In this document: positions 58,209 through 64,000 of the stretch, one piece after another
Numbering within the stretch: the stretch's first letter is position 1
Layout: each line of letters starts with the position of its first letter
NCBI GenBank assembly: GCA_965240325.2
Contig: OZ251231.1
Location: forward strand, 1-64,000
Length of the DNA: 64,000 bases
From: Rebecca billardiae RCC1528
Lineage: Eukaryota; Protista; Haptophyta
Direction: 5' to 3'
The notes under the pieces: generated by a model
Told to the model about the DNA's origin: nothing
What the model saw: only the letters and a program-made list of their open reading frames with translations
Database searches by the model: none
Translations under genes and position numbers: made by a program

Positions 58209-60021
58209 ATGGCCCCGCGCCGAGAGCAGCAGCTGCTGTTTGCGTGCGAGCAGAAGGACCTGCCGGCGGGCGGGCCGCGCTTCGCGGACGCCGAGCGGTT
58301 CCAGGCGGGCGCGGTGCCCGAGGTGGGGGCGCGCGAGGCGGGGACGAGCCCGTCCGCGCTCCACCACCGCACGCACCACGAGCACTCCGCCGCCGACGAG
58401 CCCGACGCGCTCTCGGGCGGCGAGCTCGAGATGGGCGGCGCCGAGCTCGCGCCCGGCGGCGCCGCCGCGCGGCCCGAGGGCGTGCCGGGCGGCGGGGGCA
58501 GCTTCGGGCTGGAGGCGGCGGCGGACCTGAAGCCGCCGATGCTCGCGCCCGGCCCGATGTCCGTCCCGCGCCTCCTCCTCGTCAACGCCGTGTGGTTCGC
58601 CTCCTCGTTTGTGTGGTTCCTGCTGCTGATAGTGATCGTGCCCTCGCAGCTCGCCGCGCTGGTGGGCGAGGAGCGCAAGGGCTCGGCGGTGGGCGCGGTG
58701 CTGGGCTGCTCCACGCCGTTCGCCCTCCTCGGCGCGCCGCTCGTCGGCGTGCTCTCCGACCGCGTGCGCTCGCGCCACGGCCGCCGCCGGCCGCTGATGG
58801 TGCCGGGCGCGCTCGGGTTTGGCGTGGCCGTCGTGGCCCTCGTCACGCTGCCGCGCACCGTCTTCGAGTACGGGCTGCTGTACGCGGGGCTGCGGCTGGC
58901 CGACCTGCTGCTCTCGGCGCCGTTCAACGGGCTCATCGCCGACGTCACGCCCGCCGAGCTGCGCGGCGCCGCCTCGGGCATCATGGGCGCCGCCGCCAAC
59001 CTGGGCAACTTTGCGGGCGCCGCGGTGGGCGTGCAGTACACGGCGCTCGGGCCGAGCGCGATCGGGCTGGGGATGGCGGCGGTGCTGCTCACGGCGACGG
59101 CGGCGACGTGCATCGCCGCGCCCGAGGCGGACACGTCGCGCGGCCCGCCGCTGCCCCCGCTGCAGCTCCGCCAGCTCGGCCTCGACCTCGTCGCGCCCCT
59201 CCGCCACGCCGACTTTGCGTGGGTGTTTGCCACGCGGCTCATCTTCCAGATGGGCGTGTACACGGTGCAGGAGTTCCTCGAGTTCTACTACAGGGACGGC
59301 GTGGACCTGCCCGAGGGGACCTCGCCGGAGACGGGTGCGCGCGGGCGCGCGCAGCCGCGCGCGCGCACCCGCCGCGCGCGCCTCGCGCCGACGCGCGCCC
59401 GCCCGGGCCGGGCCCCGCGCGCGCTCGCCGCCGCGCGCCGCGCGCGCTCGCAGCGGTGAGCTACGGCATGCTCTGCCTGATGACGAGCGCGGTCATCACC
59501 GCGGCGGGCGGCGGCGCGCTGTCGGACTACCTGAACGGGCGGCGCAAGATCCTCGTGTACATCGCGGGCACTACGATGGCCATCTCGTGCGTGTGCGTCG
59601 TGATGGTCGGCCGCTCGCTCGGCTCCACGCTCGTGCTGCTCACCGCGTTTGGGCTCGGCTACGGCTGCTATCTGGTGCGCACACGCGGCGCTACCCTGGG
59701 CGAGGGCGCGCGGGGGCTCACGCGCCGGCGCGCGCGGTGCGTCGGCGCGCGCAGGCGGTGGACTTTGCGATGGTGCTCGACGTGCTGCCCGACCCGTCCG
59801 ACGCGGCCAAGGACATGGCGGTGTGGTCGATCGCGCTCACGCTGCCGCAGATGCTCGCCACGCCCACGGGCGGCGTGCTGCTCGACACGTTCCAGCGGAT
59901 CGGCAAGGCGGGCGGCGCGAACCCGGACTCGGTGCTCGGGTACCAGGTGGTCTTCATCCTCGCGGCGGGCTACCTGCTGCTCTCCACCGTGCTCGTGCGC
60001 AACATCAAGGGCGTCAAGTAG
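58209..60021 (+). CDS. Major facilitator superfamily transporter (SLC45/sucrose-transporter-like); introns 59335-59453 and 59675-59754
   Basis: About 12 hydrophobic segments; MFS motif A GVLSDRVRSRHGRRRP and GALSDYLNGRRK; LIADV; DFAWVFATRLIFQMG; AVDFAMVLDVLP. Start codon tentative. Confidence 0.9.
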
Positions 60022-60575
60022 TGGTGCCAAAAGCCCGCGTCACTCGACGAGCACCGCCGACGACGCGGGACGACAGATCTGCGAGAGCCGAGATCGATGT
60101 TATTGCTTATTGCATTTTTTTGGTTATTGTTGCGCGAGCGTGCCGGGTGCCACTGACGATGTTCATTTTTCATCGTGGAAAGACGAAATACGAAATATGA
60201 CCATCATATATGGGTAAAGACGGGTGGGTGCTATGACTCATATGGGACGGCCGCTTGCCGACGATCTAATAACAAAATGCAGATGAGCTCGATAGGCCAT
60301 GGAACCTTCGGCGAATTCGGCTAGCCGACATCCGAGGAGTGGGCGACGCTCATCATATTCAATTATGAATGATGACTACTCATCCTATGACCCTCGACGA
60401 ATCCGAGACGTTACAGCCCGCGAGCCCGCGTAAATACTGACGTGCGGCTCGGGCGCACCCGCGACCCGTGACGAACAGCGATTCGGCAAAGCTCCGCGAG
60501 GCGGCTGCACGGCCGGCACAACCCCGCGAAATGGTCGGCACACGCCCCACCACCACCAACTCGAAAACGACCAGC

Positions 60576-61049
60576 ATGCGCGGCGCGGCGGCGGCGGCGA
60601 TGCTGCTGCCACTGCTGCTGCTCATCGACGCGCCCCGCTCGCACGCGCTCGCACACGTCCGATCGGCCGCGCCCCTGTCGGCCGGCAGGGGCGAACCCGC
60701 CGCTTCCGCGGCGCCGGCGCCGGCGCCGGCCGCAGTCACGCGCCCCGCCAGCGCGCGGCGGCAACTCGACGACCACGACGAGGGCGAGGCCGACAGCGCC
60801 GACGCTGGGCGCGCGGCATCTGGCCTCGCCGTCGCGCTCGGCGTGGGCGGCGGCGCCGTCGGCCTGTGCATCGTCGCCATGTGCGCCGCGCACCACTTCC
60901 TGATCGAGCGGCGGAGGCGCAACTCGACCGCCGCGCCCGAGCCCGTCGAGCAGATGGGCTCGACCCGGCTGCGCGCCGAGGAGGAGCAGCCGCCCGCCGA
61001 GGCCGAGCCCGTCGCCGAGGACGACGCGCCCCCGCTGGCCGAGCCGTGA
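60576..61049 (+). CDS. Small single-pass membrane protein with signal peptide (157 aa)
   Basis: N-terminal MRGAAAAAMLLPLLLLIDAPRSHA, Ala/Pro-rich ectodomain, TM segment GLAVALGVGGGAVGLCIVAMCAA, basic stop-transfer RRRR, acidic tail. Confidence 0.6.
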   Translation: MRGAAAAAMLLPLLLLIDAPRSHALAHVRSAAPLSAGRGEPAASAAPAPAPAAVTRPASARRQLDDHDEGEADSADAGRAASGLAVALGVGGGAVGLCIVAMCAAHHFLIERRRRNSTAAPEPVEQMGSTRLRAEEEQPPAEAEPVAEDDAPPLAEP

Positions 61050-61478
61050 TCGCAGCGATCGCAGCGCCCGCGCAGCGGGAAGGCGCCCGCGGGGGCGAGC
61101 TCCGGGGCTGATCGGGAATGCATGGTCATCACGAGGCTCGGCCCGTGCCGCCCAATGCGGCCGTCTGGTGGCAAAGGCGCGGCCGATGGGCCGACTCTGT
61201 GCTGTGGCCGGGCGCGCTCATCATCATTCTTTCCGCGAGTGAGGACAATATATACACTCGAAGTTCATCCGATCGTCCGGCAAGTGACCGATCCGGAAGG
61301 CTGGCACCGCGTCACGTAACTCTAAACTCACGTTCGGCCTCGGAGTCGGACGGATTACGCAGCAGCATCAACCTTGGGTCGCTCGCAGCACGGTACCGCC
61401 GCCGACGACACCGACGCAGCTAGGTCGTAGCAGTAGTCTAGATAGTATAGCAGTGTAGTATGTAACAGATGCGCATGA

Positions 61479-61480
<2 letters not shown>

Positions 61481-61544
<64 letters not shown>
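61481..61544. repeat. (AT)32 microsatellite
   Basis: Perfect AT run in an otherwise GC-rich region. Confidence 0.98.
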
Positions 61545-61547
<3 letters not shown>

Positions 61548-62686
61548 TATTCGTCGTCAGAATATGCCGCCCCAGCACGGCGGGCCTGTAGTTTATTTCT
61601 ACGAGAGCCCAAAGGCGACATTCGCCAAAACGCGGTACAATGGCGGCTTGCCCGCTGGTGCGGGCCCCGGAGCTAGTCCGGAGAAGTGATGGCACGTCAT
61701 TCGCGCATTCTCGTGTTGAGGCGCTGCGCTGTGGCGAAGGATGTTGTCAGACATGCTGATTCGCCTTGCCGTGGTGCTTCGCCTTGACACAGGGGTCACT
61801 CGCGGTGCACGGCACTCGGTGTGCACGATGCAGCGGCGGCGAGCGGCGGCAAACCGCTGCAGCTGGAGGCCCTCTGCAAGCTGCAAGCACTCTGCCTTGG
61901 CTGCTGCGTCGCACCCGTGTCAGTTAGCGACCAGTTCACAGCCAGATGCCAGATGGACTGCCGAGTCGCCACCAGCTCTAAACGCTCCGCCGCCACTACC
62001 TTGTCGAGCTTGAGATGCTTCCGTTCGGCGTGCGCTTGCTTGCAGCTTGCCGCCTGCATTTGAACGTGATCGCGGAAGGTTAGTAGGCCGGATGCTCAGG
62101 CCTCCTCGGCGTATATAATATTACAAGGTGCGTGCCACGCGCACCCATGACGCGCGGAAAGGCGTGCACACGCGTCCTCGCGCATCTTTCAGGCTGCAGT
62201 CTTGGCCAAGATGATGAGAACAAGCCTGCCAGTGCCGCGCAGGCGCGAGCGCGCGGAGAGTTCTGGGATCCGACCCATGGTGTTGGGTGTACCTCGTGTG
62301 CGACAACGACGAGGCGGACGAGCGCCGCAACTCAGGATTCGTGCACTCACCGGTCACCGAGGAGCCTGCACGTGAATCGCATTCCTTGCGCACGTGGGGG
62401 CCGCCATCGGCCGTGAGAGGTACACCCAACGGGGCGTGACACCGATTCCCACTGGCGAGCACGGGTTTGTCGCCGTGACATAGTAAATGGAATCTGGTAG
62501 AAATAAAACAGGCCGGCGGCCCGTCGCGGGTCCCTCGGGCCGTCGGGCTCGCGCCCTCGCGGGCCGACGTCACGACTCGCGGACTCCTCATCTGTCCTCA
62601 GCTCACTGCTGCATCATGCCGCTCGGCGGCTGTCGACGCGCGACACGGCGCATCCGTCGGATGCGGCGCCGACGCGCCACGCCCCC

Positions 62687-64000
62687 TCAGTCATCGTCGT
62701 CGTCGTCCATCGGCGCGGCCGGCTGCTGCGCGGCGGCGGCGGACGGCCCGCCGCCGCCCCCGCCCGCGCCCGCGGCGAGCGTGAGCGGCAGCCCGTCCGC
62801 GCGGCCGCCGGCGCCGCCGGCGCCGCGGCCGCCGAGCGCGGCCGCGCCGCCAAAGTGCTCGCCCAGCAGCTCCTCGGTCTCGAGCAGGTCGGCGAGCCCG
62901 CCCACGCGCTGCGCGTCGTGCGCGAGCGCGGCGTCCCAGTAGTGCGCCGCGCCGCGCTCGGCCAGCCACCTGCGCGCCGCCTCTGCCGAGCGCACCTGCT
63001 CCACCTGCGGCCGCGCGGGAGGCGCCGCGCGTGCGCGCGCGCGGCCGCGCGCACACGCGGGGCGCGCGGCGTGAGCGGCGGCGGCGGCGGCGGCGGGCGC
63101 TGCGCGCGCGCGCGCGCGCGCAGCGCGCACGGTGAACCCCTTGAAGAAGGGCTTGGCGACGAGGCCGCGCCACACGAGCGCGCAGCTCGGCCGGTGCGCC
63201 GGCCTTGCCCTGAGCCCCGCGCCCGCCTCCGCCGCCTGTGCCGCCGCCTCGCCCTCCGCCTCCCAGCCCTCGTCCCACCGGATGCGCCGCAGCATCAGCG
63301 CGGCGTACGGCTTGTGCGCGCGCGCGCCGCCCTCGACGACGACGAGGTGGCATCCCGAGAAGCCGCCGTCCGCGGGCGCGGAGGAGGCGGCGTGCGCGTG
63401 CGGCCCCTGCTGCCCCTGCCCCTGCCCCTGCGGCCCGAACGGCCCCACGAGCAGACACACGCCTGAGAGCGCGAGCTGCTGCGCGTTGATGTCCACCTTG
63501 TGCAGCTTCTGCCGGTCCGCGATGTGGGAGACCTTGTACACGCACACGTGCACGCCCTCCGCCAGGTCGCGCGCCGCGCGCTCGCGCCGCTTCTGCTGCC
63601 GCTGGTCCTTGCTCAGACGGCTCTCCTCGTTGCGCCGCGCGTGCGCCGCCTCGCGCGCCGCCACCTGCTGCCGCACGCGCGCCTCGATGGCGGAGGGGTT
63701 GGCGACGGCCGACTCGCCGAGCGCGCGCATCAGGTTGGAGAGCTTCACCTTGGGCTCGGGCGGCGCGGCGAGCCCGGCGCGCACCGCGTCCTGCCTCTCG
63801 CGCTCCTGCGCGTGCCGCCGCTGCGTGCGCAGCTTGCGCCGCTCCTTGGCCGTGAGCGGCAGCGGCTGCGGCGGCGGCGGCGGCCGCTCGGCGGGCGGCG
63901 CGACCGGCGGCGGGTGCTCGACGTAGTGCGTGACGCGCTCGGGCTCGACGCCGTGCGCGTACGCCGGCGCGACGCGCCCGTCCGCGCCCGCCGCCTGCCG
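62687..64000 (-). CDS. PRPF3: U4/U6 snRNP protein Prp3, 3' part (5' end lies beyond the window); intron 63005-63130
   Basis: VTHYVEHP..PLTAKERRKLRTQRR..PPEPKVKLSNLMRAL..NPSAIEARVRQQ..HARRNEE; C-terminal domain KVDINAQQLALSGVCL..LVVVEGG..LMLRRIRW..CALVWRG..FKGFT|VEQVRSAEAARRWL..HYWDAA. Confidence 0.96.
   Translation of the reverse strand, partial: RQAAGADGRVAPAYAHGVEPERVTHYVEHPPPVAPPAERPPPPPQPLPLTAKERRKLRTQRRHAQERERQDAVRAGLAAPPEPKVKLSNLMRALGESAVANPSAIEARVRQQVAAREAAHARRNEESRLSKDQRQQKRRERAARDLAEGVHVCVYKVSHIADRQKLHKVDINAQQLALSGVCLLVGPFGPQGQGQGQQGPHAHAASSAPADGGFSGCHLVVVEGGARAHKPYAALMLRRIRWDEGWEAEGEAAAQAAEAGAGLRARPAHRPSCALVWRGLVAKPFFKGFTVRAARARARAAPAAAAAAAHAARPACARGRARARAAPPARPQVEQVRSAEAARRWLAERGAAHYWDAALAHDAQRVGGLADLLETEELLGEHFGGAAALGGRGAGGAGGRADGLPLTLAAGAGGGGGGPSAAAAQQPAAPMDDDDDD

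Noticed and set aside
43324-63926. Many long overlapping Arg/Ala/Pro-rich ORFs on alternative frames and antisense strands (e.g. 54482-57754 +, 44615-46666 +, 57992-60217 +)
   Set aside because: Shadow ORFs caused by very high GC. The frame with recognisable domains was chosen in each case; only the end of 54482-57754 corresponds to DUF1295 exon 1.

Overview
Left end of a very GC-rich eukaryotic chromosome. The TTAGGG telomere and ~80-150 bp GT-GCG...CTCAC...CAG introns fit a haptophyte alga such as Pavlovales, but the taxon is only an inference. From the tip inward: (CCCTAA)n telomere (~6-1732); a ~110-bp unique linker ending in one stray telomeric unit; satellite A (196-199-bp monomer, ~84 copies, 1847-18338, with a ~17-mer higher-order repeat); a 4-kb spacer holding a decayed ORF and a duplicated ~520-bp hairpin/G-tract module; satellite B (183-bp monomer, ~78 copies, 22319-36488); a mosaic of decayed repeats and orphan ORFs (36.5-43.4 kb) with an internal telomere-like doublet at 42351; then a compact gene-rich arm. 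The arm encodes an LRR protein, a LysM-TLDc OXR1-like protein, a hypothetical protein, a TIR-like membrane protein, a membrane-anchored subtilisin, a DUF1295 protein, an MFS transporter, a small membrane protein and the 3' part of PRPF3. Main observations: (1) the two satellites appear to be colinear distant homologues in the same orientation, with related motifs in their unique flanks, suggesting a satellite-carrying subtelomeric element family; (2) a TIR-fold domain split by transmembrane helices keeps the catalytic-type Glu. Most entries in the ORF track are artefacts of the repeats and of high GC.
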